Shown here piece by piece: positions 1 through 10,024 of a DNA stretch of 64,000 nt. The stretch covers positions 1 through 64,000 of IMG/VR virus record IMGVR_UViG_2898902220_000006. One strand, 5' to 3'. The notes beneath the pieces were generated by a model that made no database searches, was not told the DNA's origin, and saw nothing but the letters and a program-made list of their open reading frames with translations. The translations under genes were made by a program, and so were the position numbers. The stretch comes from a virus. Its lineage: Duplodnaviria; Caudoviricetes. Every line of letters starts with the position of its first letter. Within the stretch, counting starts at the first letter, position 1.

Positions 1-360
1 ATGCCTAGCAAACCATTAAAGACCTGTCTGCATTCCAGATGCCCAACACTAACAAGAGAAGCTTATTGCCCTTTGCATCAAAAGAAACAAGTACAGCAGT
101 ATGACCGAGAACGTGGGTCATCTACGCAACGTGGCTATGATGCCAAGTGGAGAAAAGCAAGAATAGGATTTTTAAGAAAGCATTCACTCTGCAAACATTG
201 CTATGACAACGGATTACTATCAGGTGCTACAGTAGTTGACCATATCATTCCACACAAGGGAGATAGGACATTGTTTTGGGATAGGAACAACTGGCAACCA
301 TTATGTGAGCAGTGTCATAACCGAAAGACTGCTAGAGAAGATAGAGGCGCTTGGAGATAA
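1..360 (+). CDS. HNH endonuclease (terminase-associated, HK97 gp74-like)
   Basis: CKHC...VVDHIIPH...NWQPLCEQCHNRKT motif directly upstream of terminase. Confidence 0.9.
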   Translation: MPSKPLKTCLHSRCPTLTREAYCPLHQKKQVQQYDRERGSSTQRGYDAKWRKARIGFLRKHSLCKHCYDNGLLSGATVVDHIIPHKGDRTLFWDRNNWQPLCEQCHNRKTAREDRGAWR

Positions 361-521
361 TCTATCAATCTTAGTGGTAAGAAAGGTTAGAAGACTATCA
401 ATACAGAAGGAGAACAACTAGAGGCGTTCACAGAGCCGTAGAAACAGGGTAAGGTGAGTTTTTAAAGTTGCATGAAGGTATTGGGGAGGGGGGTATCAAA
501 AACCTGCACAGTGCCAACGCT

Positions 522-538
522 AGACCGCGTGGTAGTCT
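522..538 (+). other. Candidate cos site (AGAC-cgcgtggta-GTCT)
   Basis: Short inverted repeat around 9 nt, between HNH and terS, the usual cos position in HK97/P27-type phages. Confidence 0.3.
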
Positions 539-591
539 TCCGTAAAAAAAGTTCCCTAAATGGATTTTCAGAAATGAAAGGGGGTGAGGGA

Positions 592-1119
592 ATGGCTAGA
601 CCAAGGCAACCAGTTGACTTGCTGCTCTACAAGGGAAAGAAAAACCTAACAAAAGCTGAAATAGAACAACGTAAAGCCCAAGAAATAAAGGCGGCAAACG
701 ACAAAGTAAAGCCACCTAGCTACCTACCGAAAGACTTGAAAAAAGAATTTAAAAAGATTGCAAGCGAGCTGCTGCAAATCGGCATCATGACTAATCTTGA
801 TGTAGATGCGTTGGCTCGCTTTTTATATGCCCGAAAGATGTATATAAAAGTCACAGACGCCTTGTTACAAACGGAATTGACAGTACAGCGCAAACAAGCA
901 ATTCATGATGAAGACGGGGCTGTAATTGACATGAACGAATGGGAGGAAGCAAACGCAGCTTATTCTGATTTATTGATTAACCAAGATAAATTATTTAAGC
1001 AATGTAGATCAGCAGCAAGCGACCTGGGCCTTACCATTGCTTCTCGATGCAAACTTGTAATACCGAAACAGGAGAAGCAGGAGCCTAGCGAGGTCGAAAA
1101 GACGTTCGGTGATTTATGA
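592..1119 (+). CDS. Terminase small subunit, P27 family
   Basis: ATG at 592 after GGGGGTGAGG RBS; PPSYL...LTIASRCKL motifs. Confidence 0.9.
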   Translation: MARPRQPVDLLLYKGKKNLTKAEIEQRKAQEIKAANDKVKPPSYLPKDLKKEFKKIASELLQIGIMTNLDVDALARFLYARKMYIKVTDALLQTELTVQRKQAIHDEDGAVIDMNEWEEANAAYSDLLINQDKLFKQCRSAASDLGLTIASRCKLVIPKQEKQEPSEVEKTFGDL

Positions 1120-2810
1120 TTAAACAATATCTAATTGACTATAGTCTTGATATCGTAGCTGGCGAGGTAGTTGCTTGTGACAAACACATGTGGGCATGTA
1201 GCCGTTTTTTAGACGATATTAATAATGAAGGTACAGAACATTTTCCTTATGTATTTGACGAGGAAAAAGCACATCGGTTTTTATATTGGATGTCTTTGTT
1301 TCGACATACAAAGGGTAAACTTGCTGGTGAACGAATAACACCTCATGAAATTCAAGTCTTTGTATTCGGGAACATGTATGGATGGGTACATAAGGACACG
1401 AGATTACGGCGTTTTCGGAAAGCGTATTGGCAGGTAGGTAGGAAAAATGCCAAATCGCAATCCTTGGGGGCTGTAGCCAGCTATGAAGCTTCTGCTTTCG
1501 GTGAAAACATGTCAGAGGTTTATATCGGAGCTACCAAAGCCGAGCAAAGCAAAATTGTCTGGAATGAATCACGAACGCAAATTGATAGTTGCCCCGATCT
1601 TAAAGGCAAGTTCAAAGTAGCCTACGGAAAAATACAGCACATCAAAAGTGAATCTTTTATCGCTGCTCTATCAAAGGATGCAGGAAAAACGGGTGACGGT
1701 TTTAACGTACAAGCTGGCATTATTGACGAGTATCACGCACACCCTACATCTGAAATCTATGACGTACTTGTGTCGGGCATGGGCGCACGTAGTCAACCGT
1801 TAATGATGATTATTACAACAGCAGGATTCAACCTGCACCACCCTTGCTATAGTGTGGAATATAAGTATATTTCGAATATCCTTGACCCCCATTCATCCAT
1901 AGAAAATGATGAATATTTTGTAATGGTCAACGAGCTTGACAAGGACGATGATATCAAGGATGAATCTGTCTGGATAAAAGCCAACCCGATCCTATGTTCA
2001 TATGAAGAGGGTATGGCTTATTTGCGTGGCGAGCTTAAAGCGGCTTTAGACGTACCGGAGAAGATGCGAAACTACTTAACCAAGAACATGAATCGGTGGG
2101 TAGATCAGAAGGAAAACGGGTATATGTCACTGAAGGCTTGGGCCAAATGTGGTGTTGATAAGCTGCCCGATCTTGCTGAATTTGAATGTACGGTTGGCAT
2201 TGACTTGTCTAAAAAAATTGACTTAACAAGCGTGTCGTTTGAATTTGATTTAAAAGATGGCCACATTGTCATACTGAACCATTCGTTTATACCAGAGGAT
2301 ACGTTAGCAGTGAAACGAAAAACAGATAGATTCCCCTATGATCTATATATCCAGCAAGGATGGATGACGGCCACTCCTGGTGCTGTTGTGGATTACACCT
2401 TTATTAAGGCGTATATCCAGCGTATGGAGCGTGAAAAGGAATGGAAAATCAAAGAAATCTGTTACGATCCATACAATGCAACGCAATTTGCTGCTGATAT
2501 GGAGGCCGAAGGCTATACCATGATTGAAATTAGGCAAGGGGTACGTACTCTATCAGAACCGACTAAGAATTTCAGAGAAATGGTATTAGAAAAGAAGGTT
2601 CTTCATGACAAAAACCCTGTCCTTGAATGGTCAATTGGAAACGCAGTTACCAAAGTGGACGCCCAGGAGAACATCATGTTGGACAAGTCCAAATCTACGG
2701 AGCGGATCGACCCGATAGCATCGGCGATAAATGCACATGTAAGGGTGATGTGCAACGATCCAAAAGCGGATTTAAACGCCCATATTTTATCAGGAGATTT
2801 CAGTTTTTAA
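1116..2810 (+). CDS. Terminase large subunit
   Basis: Walker A region VGRKNAKS, Walker B IIDEYH, nuclease GIDLSKKID and ERIDPIAS. Confidence 0.97.
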   Translation: MIKQYLIDYSLDIVAGEVVACDKHMWACSRFLDDINNEGTEHFPYVFDEEKAHRFLYWMSLFRHTKGKLAGERITPHEIQVFVFGNMYGWVHKDTRLRRFRKAYWQVGRKNAKSQSLGAVASYEASAFGENMSEVYIGATKAEQSKIVWNESRTQIDSCPDLKGKFKVAYGKIQHIKSESFIAALSKDAGKTGDGFNVQAGIIDEYHAHPTSEIYDVLVSGMGARSQPLMMIITTAGFNLHHPCYSVEYKYISNILDPHSSIENDEYFVMVNELDKDDDIKDESVWIKANPILCSYEEGMAYLRGELKAALDVPEKMRNYLTKNMNRWVDQKENGYMSLKAWAKCGVDKLPDLAEFECTVGIDLSKKIDLTSVSFEFDLKDGHIVILNHSFIPEDTLAVKRKTDRFPYDLYIQQGWMTATPGAVVDYTFIKAYIQRMEREKEWKIKEICYDPYNATQFAADMEAEGYTMIEIRQGVRTLSEPTKNFREMVLEKKVLHDKNPVLEWSIGNAVTKVDAQENIMLDKSKSTERIDPIASAINAHVRVMCNDPKADLNAHILSGDFSF

Positions 2811-2825
2811 GAGAGGGGAAAAAGA

Positions 2826-3014
2826 ATGAAATACGTACGTTTCCTGCTCCTATTCATCGAGGATATTCTTATCCTTTCAGGCTGTATTTGCATCATTACA
2901 GCGACATATTTACTCAATGGTATCGCCGGAATCTATGTAACCGGTATTTTTTTGTGTCTTTTTGGCTACCTGGTTGGCAAAAAACCACCGAAAGTGCCTG
3001 ACGATGGGAGGTGA
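2826..3014 (+). CDS. Small membrane protein between terL and portal
   Basis: RBS, two hydrophobic segments, position typical of this phage head module. Confidence 0.65.
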   Translation: MKYVRFLLLFIEDILILSGCICIITATYLLNGIAGIYVTGIFLCLFGYLVGKKPPKVPDDGR

Positions 3015-4264
3015 AACCGATGATATTCAGGAGTTTATTGCAAGAAAATGAATCAGACTTTCAGAATCCCAAGGACTGGCTGATTAATATGCTAGGTGGC
3101 TCTACTACCTACAGTGGGGAGCGTGTCACAAGTGATACCGCCCTACTAAACAGTAATGTCTACACATGCGCTAGTATCTTAGGCGGTGATATTGGTAAGC
3201 TGCCGATCCAGATTTTCAAAAGAAAAGGGGACAGAATCGAGCGCGAACGTTCTCATCCGGTTGTGAATCTACTAGGCATTCGGCCCAATCCGTATATGAG
3301 CGCCTACACGTTTAAAGAGTTGCTACAGGTGCATGTAATGTTATGGGGAAACGCCTACGCTCTGATTGATTGGGGACGGGATGGCAGACCGCAAGCATTA
3401 TGGCCGTTAAATCCAACTTTGACCGAGGTAACTACCGATCCAAAAACAGGTGAAGTGTGGTATGTAACGACTTTGCCAAATGGAGAACAACGTAAAATTC
3501 CGTGGTTTGATGTACTCCACTTAAAAGCTATTAGTAAGACAGGATTAAAAGGCATTTCCCCTATTTCAGTCATCCGTGAAAAGCTTGGTATACAACAAGC
3601 GTCAGATAAATTCATTGGTGCGTTTTATGCGAATGGAACGACTAGCAGAGGGATTTTAAAAGTACCAGATATCTTGCAGCCGGAGGCGAAAGACCGAACT
3701 AGAACGGAGTGGTTGAAAGTAAATAGCGGATTAAGTAACGCTCATAAGGTTGCGATTTTAGATGGTGGTATGGACTATCAAAGCTTAGGAATGCCATTGA
3801 AAGATGCTGAGTTTATTGAAACCCAAAAGTTCGGTATTGGTGAAATAGCGAAAATCTATAAAATTCCACCCCATAAGTTAGGGCAGTTGGATCGGGCTAC
3901 CTTTTCCAACATTGAACATCAATCCATTGAATACGTAAAAAACACCTTGCAGCCAATCATAACCAATTGGGAGCAAGAAATTGATTATAAGCTATTCACA
4001 AACAAAGAGCGCAAACAGTTTTATTCCAAGTTTAACGTGGAAAGCGAGTTGCGCGGTGATAGTCAAAGTCGCGCCCAGTACTATAAGGACATGGTATCTA
4101 TTTCTGGTATCACGTTTAACGAAGTAAGAGCGAAAGAAAACCAGAACGGCTATGGGGAAATTGGCGATAGACCAATCATTCCATTGAATATGACATGGTT
4201 AGATCAATTAGAAGAACTTCAAAAAACGAAGGCCAGCAAAGGGAGGAACAAAACAGATGAATAA
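3011..4264 (+). CDS. Portal protein, HK97 family
   Basis: LHLK...GLKGISPI, IAKIYKIPPHKLG, ITFNEVRAKEN motifs. Confidence 0.96.
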   Translation: MKPMIFRSLLQENESDFQNPKDWLINMLGGSTTYSGERVTSDTALLNSNVYTCASILGGDIGKLPIQIFKRKGDRIERERSHPVVNLLGIRPNPYMSAYTFKELLQVHVMLWGNAYALIDWGRDGRPQALWPLNPTLTEVTTDPKTGEVWYVTTLPNGEQRKIPWFDVLHLKAISKTGLKGISPISVIREKLGIQQASDKFIGAFYANGTTSRGILKVPDILQPEAKDRTRTEWLKVNSGLSNAHKVAILDGGMDYQSLGMPLKDAEFIETQKFGIGEIAKIYKIPPHKLGQLDRATFSNIEHQSIEYVKNTLQPIITNWEQEIDYKLFTNKERKQFYSKFNVESELRGDSQSRAQYYKDMVSISGITFNEVRAKENQNGYGEIGDRPIIPLNMTWLDQLEELQKTKASKGRNKTDE

Positions 4265-4853
4265 GAGAGAAACAAGGCATATCCTCCACCCTATCGAGGT
4301 TCGATCTGATAAAGAAAATAGTCAACTTTCCATTCGTGGATATATCGTCAAGTTTAACGAGCGAAGCAAATTGATTTATGGTGAGTTCTATGAAAAAGTG
4401 GCTCAAGGTGCGTTCTCTCGAAGTCTTGAAGAAAACACCATTAAAGCCCTATGGAATCATCGAACGGATTATGTGCTTGGTTCAACGAAAAATGAAACTC
4501 TCAGATTGTATGAAGATGATATTGGTCTACGATTCGAACTTGATCTACCTAACAACACCTGGGGTAAGGATGCTTATGAATCTATTCAACGTGGGGATGT
4601 AGACGGGGTTAGTTTCGGGTTCTATGTTCGAAACAATGGAGACGCTTGGGAATACGTAAAGGAAGAAGATGTCTATGTGCGCACCTTACTTGATGTTAAT
4701 CTATTCGAGGTATCCCCTACCCCCTTTCCGGCCTATGAGTCTAGCGAAGTGAACCAACGGAGTATGGAGCAATTTGGAATCACGACAAAAGAGCAGCGCA
4801 AACACGAAAAAGAAAAATTGTTACTAGAAATTGACCTTTTATCAATCCGATAA
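4257..4853 (+). CDS. Prohead protease, HK97 family
   Basis: ALWNH...GS, DDIGLRFE, GVSFGF, LFEVSPTPFPAY. Confidence 0.95.
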   Translation: MNKRETRHILHPIEVRSDKENSQLSIRGYIVKFNERSKLIYGEFYEKVAQGAFSRSLEENTIKALWNHRTDYVLGSTKNETLRLYEDDIGLRFELDLPNNTWGKDAYESIQRGDVDGVSFGFYVRNNGDAWEYVKEEDVYVRTLLDVNLFEVSPTPFPAYESSEVNQRSMEQFGITTKEQRKHEKEKLLLEIDLLSIR

Positions 4854-4866
4854 AGGTCTTTTTTAT
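4833..4866 (+). terminator. Hairpin plus U-tract at end of protease gene
   Basis: GACCTTTTATC...GATAAAGGTC followed by T run. Confidence 0.4.
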
Positions 4867-4892
4867 ATTCTAAAAAGTGAGGGATAAACAAC

Positions 4893-6053
4893 ATGGATGA
4901 AAAAGAACGCGAATTACGTCAAGAACTAGCAGAATTGTTACAGGAAGCACGCAGCGCAACAGAATCAGGTAAGTTAGACGAGGCCCGTAAACATGCCGAC
5001 AAAGCCCAGGAACTACGTAAACAGCTTGATCTAATGGAGGAGCTACGCAATATTAAACCGCCTAAAACAGAGCCAGTACAAGAGGCGCGCAGCGAAGAAG
5101 ATGCCATTGAATATCGGGATGTTTTCATGAAGGGATTGCGCAATAAAAGTCTTACTGGTGAAGAACGCGAGGTGCTTGAAAAGGTAAAAACGGAAGAGCG
5201 CGCCATGTCAGGTTTAACGGAAGAGGATGGAAATTTAATCATTCCGCAGGACATTCAAACGAAAATTAACGAGCTGTCGCGTTCGTTTGATGCTCTAGAG
5301 CAGTTTGTTACTGTCGAGCCAGTAAACACCCGTTCAGGTTCCCGTGTCTTGGAAAAAAACGCCGACATGGTTCCGTTTGCGGAAGTCGATGAAATGGGAC
5401 TAATTAACGAAACGGACAACCCTAAGTTCGGGAAATTGAACTATGCGATTAAGGATCGAGCAGGCATTCTTCCTCTGTCCCGCAGTTTGCTACAGGACAG
5501 TGACCAAAACATTATTTCATACGTGACAAACTGGCTCGGAAAGAAATCCAAGGTAACGAGAAATACGCTTATTTTGGAGAAAGTAAAAACACTAACAAAA
5601 AAACCATTAAAAGAAGTAGACGACATAAAAGACGTTCTTAATGTTGACCTTGACCCTGCTATTTCATCCGGCGCTATCATTTTGACAAACCAGGACGGTT
5701 TCAATCATTTGGATAAACTCAAAGATTCCGAAGGAAAGTATTTGCTACAACCCGATCCAACCCAACCTACCCGTAAAACGTTGTTTGGAAAGACGGTAGT
5801 TGTTGTATCTAACCGATTCTTACCAACCACAGCCAAAAAAGCACCTTGCATCATTGGTGATTTGAAAGAGGCTATCGTGTTGTTCAAACGCGAGCAAATG
5901 GAACTTGCCTCAACGGAAACAGGTGGGGACGCATTTAAACGGAATACGCTAGATGTCCGCGCGATCCAACGCGATGATGTTCGTTTATGGGATGAGCAAG
6001 CTGCTGTATTCGGTGAGCTTGATTTAACACCAAAACCAGCAGAAAGCAAGTAG
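4893..6053 (+). CDS. Major capsid protein, HK97 fold
   Basis: Coiled-coil delta domain, GNLIIPQD, TLDVRAIQRDD. Confidence 0.96.
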   Translation: MDEKERELRQELAELLQEARSATESGKLDEARKHADKAQELRKQLDLMEELRNIKPPKTEPVQEARSEEDAIEYRDVFMKGLRNKSLTGEEREVLEKVKTEERAMSGLTEEDGNLIIPQDIQTKINELSRSFDALEQFVTVEPVNTRSGSRVLEKNADMVPFAEVDEMGLINETDNPKFGKLNYAIKDRAGILPLSRSLLQDSDQNIISYVTNWLGKKSKVTRNTLILEKVKTLTKKPLKEVDDIKDVLNVDLDPAISSGAIILTNQDGFNHLDKLKDSEGKYLLQPDPTQPTRKTLFGKTVVVVSNRFLPTTAKKAPCIIGDLKEAIVLFKREQMELASTETGGDAFKRNTLDVRAIQRDDVRLWDEQAAVFGELDLTPKPAESK

Positions 6054-6064
6054 GTGTGTAAGGA

Positions 6065-6634
6065 ATGCTAACCACCCTAGAAAAGACGAAACAAATGCTA
6101 GGTATGAGGGGAAATGTTGTGAGTGATACACTCCTCTCCACCTTCATTACGGTTGCCTCTCAGCAGATAGAAGCCTATTGCAAGCGAAAGTTTCAAAGGC
6201 AAGACTATACGGAATATCATGACGGAGGACGAAACACGATTAACCTTTTGCATCTACCGATCCATGATGTATATCATGTAAAAGGGCCTTCTGGTTCTAT
6301 GGAGTACAAGCTACTTGAAGCCCACGGGAGTATTTATTGCCCCTATGGGTTTCCTGCCGGCAAGTATGGAATTGAGATTACCTATAACGGTGGGTACGTC
6401 TTACCTGGGGAGGCAACGGAAAACCATCCACAGACGTTACCAGAAGCAATTGAAATGGCTTGTATCCTTCTTGTAAAGGACTTATTACATGAGTCTACAA
6501 GAGTCCAGGGGATTGAATCAGAACGTTTAGATGTCATGCAGGTGAAGTACAGACCGGAGAAAAAAGCAACTCTATCCCAATTGCCACTCCATGTGGCCGC
6601 GTTATTATCTCCTTATGTAAGCAGGTGGATATAG
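6065..6634 (+). CDS. Head-tail connector protein
   Basis: MLTTLEKTK start, ITYNGGY, LPEAIEMAC, LLSPY; position after capsid. Confidence 0.8.
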   Translation: MLTTLEKTKQMLGMRGNVVSDTLLSTFITVASQQIEAYCKRKFQRQDYTEYHDGGRNTINLLHLPIHDVYHVKGPSGSMEYKLLEAHGSIYCPYGFPAGKYGIEITYNGGYVLPGEATENHPQTLPEAIEMACILLVKDLLHESTRVQGIESERLDVMQVKYRPEKKATLSQLPLHVAALLSPYVSRWI

Positions 6635-7149
6635 TGCGTGTGAATGTGAAAGTACGTGAGGATAAAAAGACGCTTCAAAAGGTGAAAAAACAAGTAGCTG
6701 AACTGTCCAGAACACGGGCGAAAGTAGGATATTTGCAAGATAGAGAACAATTGTTGATTGCTATTTTTAATGAATATGGGGCGAAAATACCTGTTACCGA
6801 TAAAGTCAGAGGCTTGTTTATTGCCCTTGGAATGCCATTAAAAAAAGACAAGAAATTTATCATCGTTCCTGAACGTTCCTTCTTGCGCGCTGGTTATGAA
6901 AAAAGTGAACCTTCTCTCTTGCGTGAAATGGAAAAGTTGCTAGACGATGCTCTACAAGGTCGGATTACAGCCGATCAAGCGATGAAGAGAGCTGCCAAAA
7001 AGCTAACTGCCGATGTGAAAGACCATATGCAGTCTGGATCGTTTCAGAAAAACGCACCACTCACACAAAAATTGAAAGGCAGCAATAATCCCCTTATGGA
7101 TGGGAAAAAGTTGATTGATTCACTTGAATTTGAGGTGACAAGATGGTAA
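6625..7149 (+). CDS. Neck / virion morphogenesis protein
   Basis: NEYGA...IVPERSFLR...PLMD motifs; position. Confidence 0.7.
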   Translation: MDIVRVNVKVREDKKTLQKVKKQVAELSRTRAKVGYLQDREQLLIAIFNEYGAKIPVTDKVRGLFIALGMPLKKDKKFIIVPERSFLRAGYEKSEPSLLREMEKLLDDALQGRITADQAMKRAAKKLTADVKDHMQSGSFQKNAPLTQKLKGSNNPLMDGKKLIDSLEFEVTRW

Positions 7150-7496
7150 ACGGAAGGATTTTTCAATTCAGCGATTTACTTAACCGATTCACTACAACGT
7201 TTGACGTTCTTCTGAAAACAAAAGGAGACTATGACGAAACCGGACGTTGGATGGAAGGAACGGAAAAAAATGAGCAGCGCACAGGGGCAATTGTCCCTAT
7301 GCCTATGCGAATTGTAATGGAGCAAGGTGGTCGGTTTACTTTATCCGATCACCTTTTATATTGCCTTGATCCGATAGAGCTACACAGCGAAATCACATAC
7401 GCAGGTAACAGTTATCGCGTGGAAGAACCAACAGACTTTACCGCATATGCAGACTGCTATCGCTATGTGTTAAAGAGGGTGAGTTCGTTTGATTAA
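7143..7496 (+). CDS. Head-tail adaptor/closure protein
   Basis: Position and size in neck module. Confidence 0.65.
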   Translation: MVNGRIFQFSDLLNRFTTTFDVLLKTKGDYDETGRWMEGTEKNEQRTGAIVPMPMRIVMEQGGRFTLSDHLLYCLDPIELHSEITYAGNSYRVEEPTDFTAYADCYRYVLKRVSSFD

Positions 7497-8001
7497 CTAT
7501 AAATACTTTGAACAAAACATCATTACAGGAATGGCGAAAGCCTTGGGAATCAAGGTCATTGCAGCCGATGGATCAGGAGATCAACCCCCCTATCCATTTA
7601 TGACGTACAAGTATGTGACTCCCTATAAAGATCAGTCACCTATGCCTATTGAAAAGTATGTACCCACAGCCGATTCACTAGAGGTTCACGCACAAAAGCA
7701 GGTAGAAATGACATTATCATTCACCTGCTGCCATAAAGACCAGCGAGAGGCGTTACAAATATCTAACCAGTCAAGACAGTGGCTAGTCGGACAGTCAAGA
7801 CAAGGGCTGCGAGATAACGGCATTGTGGTGGTTTCTGTTGGTGATACCCAAGACCGCAATGCCTTGTTTGAAATTGCCTATGAGTACCGCGCAGGCTATG
7901 ACGTGAAATGTAGGCTAATAGATTCGTTTATGTATACCCACAGTGAATGGATTGAAAAAATGAAGGTTTCCGAGGAGGTAGCACCGGATGGCGTTAAGTG
8001 A
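7489..8001 (+). CDS. Tail completion / neck terminator protein
   Basis: PPYPFMTY motif; position before sheath. Confidence 0.7.
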   Translation: MINYKYFEQNIITGMAKALGIKVIAADGSGDQPPYPFMTYKYVTPYKDQSPMPIEKYVPTADSLEVHAQKQVEMTLSFTCCHKDQREALQISNQSRQWLVGQSRQGLRDNGIVVVSVGDTQDRNALFEIAYEYRAGYDVKCRLIDSFMYTHSEWIEKMKVSEEVAPDGVK

Positions 8002-8986
8002 CGTTACAGTTATTATTGATTTACAAAAGCCGTCAGGACGATTGGGCTTTGGTGTCCCATTAATTTTGGGCCAAAAAAAGGGCGGTCAGGAATACAAAAA
8101 GTATTATGACTTGGACGAAGTACAAACAGATTTTCCTGACACAACCACGGAATATAAAATGGCAAAAGCAATTTTTCTGCAAGGTGACAAGGCTCCTGCC
8201 TTTATTACCATTGCAGCCAAAGGGACAGAAGAAGAGGAAACCTATACCAGCCTGCTTGAATCATTGAGTGGGAAAGGCTGGTATTTTGTTTTGGTGGCTG
8301 GAACAGAAGCAGATTACATCGCGATTAACGAGCATTTACAACTACTCGATTACGGAATGTGCGTTGCGCGCGTAACAACGAAAGAAGAGGTAGCCGCCTT
8401 ACAAGCTAAGAAGTTAGAACGAACAATGGCTTGGTATCATCCTAATGTTGCTCAATTTATTGATGCTGCTGTTGTCGGTGCGATTGGATCAGCCCAAGTG
8501 GGTTCCGTCACATGGAAGTTCAAGGAGTTGAAAGGGATTGATCCGGTTGACCTTACCTCTGGTGGATTACAAGCGATTCATGATGCTGGGGCTAACACGT
8601 ATGTAATGAAAGCTGGAGAGCCGCGAACAAGTGAAGGAAAGTTAGTCTATGGCGAGTACATTGACACGATCCACGGCAAGGATTTTGTGAAATACACGAT
8701 GGAAAAAGAACTGCAACATTTGCTAAACAACACGCCAAAAATCCCATACACCAACGCAGGTATTTCACTCATTGAGGGGCGAGTTACCAAGGTGCTTACC
8801 ATGGCATACCAACAAGGCATTATTGCAGATGAAAATGGCATTCCCTTGTATAGCATGAATTTCAAAAAACGCAATGAAGTCAGTGAACAGGATCGAGCCG
8901 AACGCACTTATCAAGGGGGTTCTTTTGCGTTTGAATTAGCAGGGGCGATCCATGAAACGACTGTGAAAGGAATCATTCGATATTAA
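7988..8986 (+). CDS. Tail sheath protein (DUF3383-like)
   Basis: GSVTWKFKELKG, GEYIDTIHGKDF, KIPYTNAG, LAGAIH. Confidence 0.9.
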   Translation: MALSDVTVIIDLQKPSGRLGFGVPLILGQKKGGQEYKKYYDLDEVQTDFPDTTTEYKMAKAIFLQGDKAPAFITIAAKGTEEEETYTSLLESLSGKGWYFVLVAGTEADYIAINEHLQLLDYGMCVARVTTKEEVAALQAKKLERTMAWYHPNVAQFIDAAVVGAIGSAQVGSVTWKFKELKGIDPVDLTSGGLQAIHDAGANTYVMKAGEPRTSEGKLVYGEYIDTIHGKDFVKYTMEKELQHLLNNTPKIPYTNAGISLIEGRVTKVLTMAYQQGIIADENGIPLYSMNFKKRNEVSEQDRAERTYQGGSFAFELAGAIHETTVKGIIRY

Positions 8987-9005
8987 GAAAAGCAGGTGAT
9001 AAGAA

Positions 9006-9404
9006 ATGGCAGTAACCAGTTATGATGCAATGGAAGTAACGGTAACGGTAAACGGTACGTTTATTACGGGGTTTACGGATGGTTCTTTTGTGGAGTGTGA
9101 AAAAGACGAAGATCATTTTTCTACCAGTGTAGGGGCGCAAGGCGATGTTGTTGTCTCTGAGATTAATAACCCACTTGGTACAATTAAAATTACGTTACAA
9201 GCAACGAGTCCGTCTGTTGCTTTCTTGAATGATTTGGCGAAACAAAAGGAAATGAGTGACATTTGGGTTATTTCCAACGGCGAACCCAAAGAAAAAACAG
9301 GTGGCACGAAAGCACGAATTAAGAAACAGGCAGCAGTCAGTTACAGCGATGAGGCAGAAGACCGAGAGTTTGAAATTGTCGTGCTAGATTATACACAAGA
9401 GTAG
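9006..9404 (+). CDS. Tail tube protein (DUF3277-like)
   Basis: Follows sheath; ITGFTDGSFV...VGAQGDV...ITLQATSPS. Confidence 0.88.
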   Translation: MAVTSYDAMEVTVTVNGTFITGFTDGSFVECEKDEDHFSTSVGAQGDVVVSEINNPLGTIKITLQATSPSVAFLNDLAKQKEMSDIWVISNGEPKEKTGGTKARIKKQAAVSYSDEAEDREFEIVVLDYTQE

Positions 9405-9558
9405 GAACCAACAAGCCCCTGCTCTTTTTTTTGTGAAAACCGAACAATAAACGGAAAACATTTGGATCCAAAAGGGTAAAAAGACGAACGAAAAAATCAA
9501 AATTTTGGATCTGATAAACCAAGAAACCGAACAATACAATCCAAGGGAGAGATTATAC

Positions 9559-9858
9559 ATGGCAAAACAACACATTGAAAAGATCAACGAGACAGAATAC
9601 ACCCTGCAACACCCAGGAATGCGAGCAGCCGTCCAGATGCGCGACCGTTGCAAAAATAAGCATGGTGTGTTAATTGAAGAAAATTATTTTGCGGAACTAA
9701 TGAAACACGTCATCGTACATCCCAAAGTATCATGGAGCTACTTTGATGAAGAGAACGGCGAGGATTTTGACGAGCTAATGACTGTGGCCTCAGAGTTTGT
9801 GAATACTTCCTATGCATCTTTTCGCAAGTCCCATCTACAAGATTCGAGCGAAGGATAA
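9559..9858 (+). CDS. Tail assembly chaperone
   Basis: ATG 9559 after GGGAGAG; YTLQHPG motif; between tube and tape measure. Confidence 0.85.
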   Translation: MAKQHIEKINETEYTLQHPGMRAAVQMRDRCKNKHGVLIEENYFAELMKHVIVHPKVSWSYFDEENGEDFDELMTVASEFVNTSYASFRKSHLQDSSEG

Positions 9859-10024
9859 TTGGGCCTTTTGGCGGTTAGTCTTATCGGATGGCGGTATCAC
9901 CTTCCAGGATGCTTGTCAAATGGATTGGGACGATGTTTTCGAAGCAAATGCAGCTTTAGATTATATGGTCGAGTTGCAAAACAAAGCGGGTAATAAAGGC
10001 CGGAAGAGGAAAGGAGGCAGGTAA
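9812..10024 (+). CDS. Tail chaperone extension, probably frameshift-translated
   Basis: Overlaps chaperone in the +1 frame, no convincing RBS, NWAFWRLV...EANAALD. Confidence 0.7.
   Translation: MHLFASPIYKIRAKDNWAFWRLVLSDGGITFQDACQMDWDDVFEANAALDYMVELQNKAGNKGRKRKGGR

Noticed and set aside
472-591. N-terminal extension of terS in the ORF track
   Set aside because: A strong RBS precedes ATG 592 and the extension spans the probable cos region
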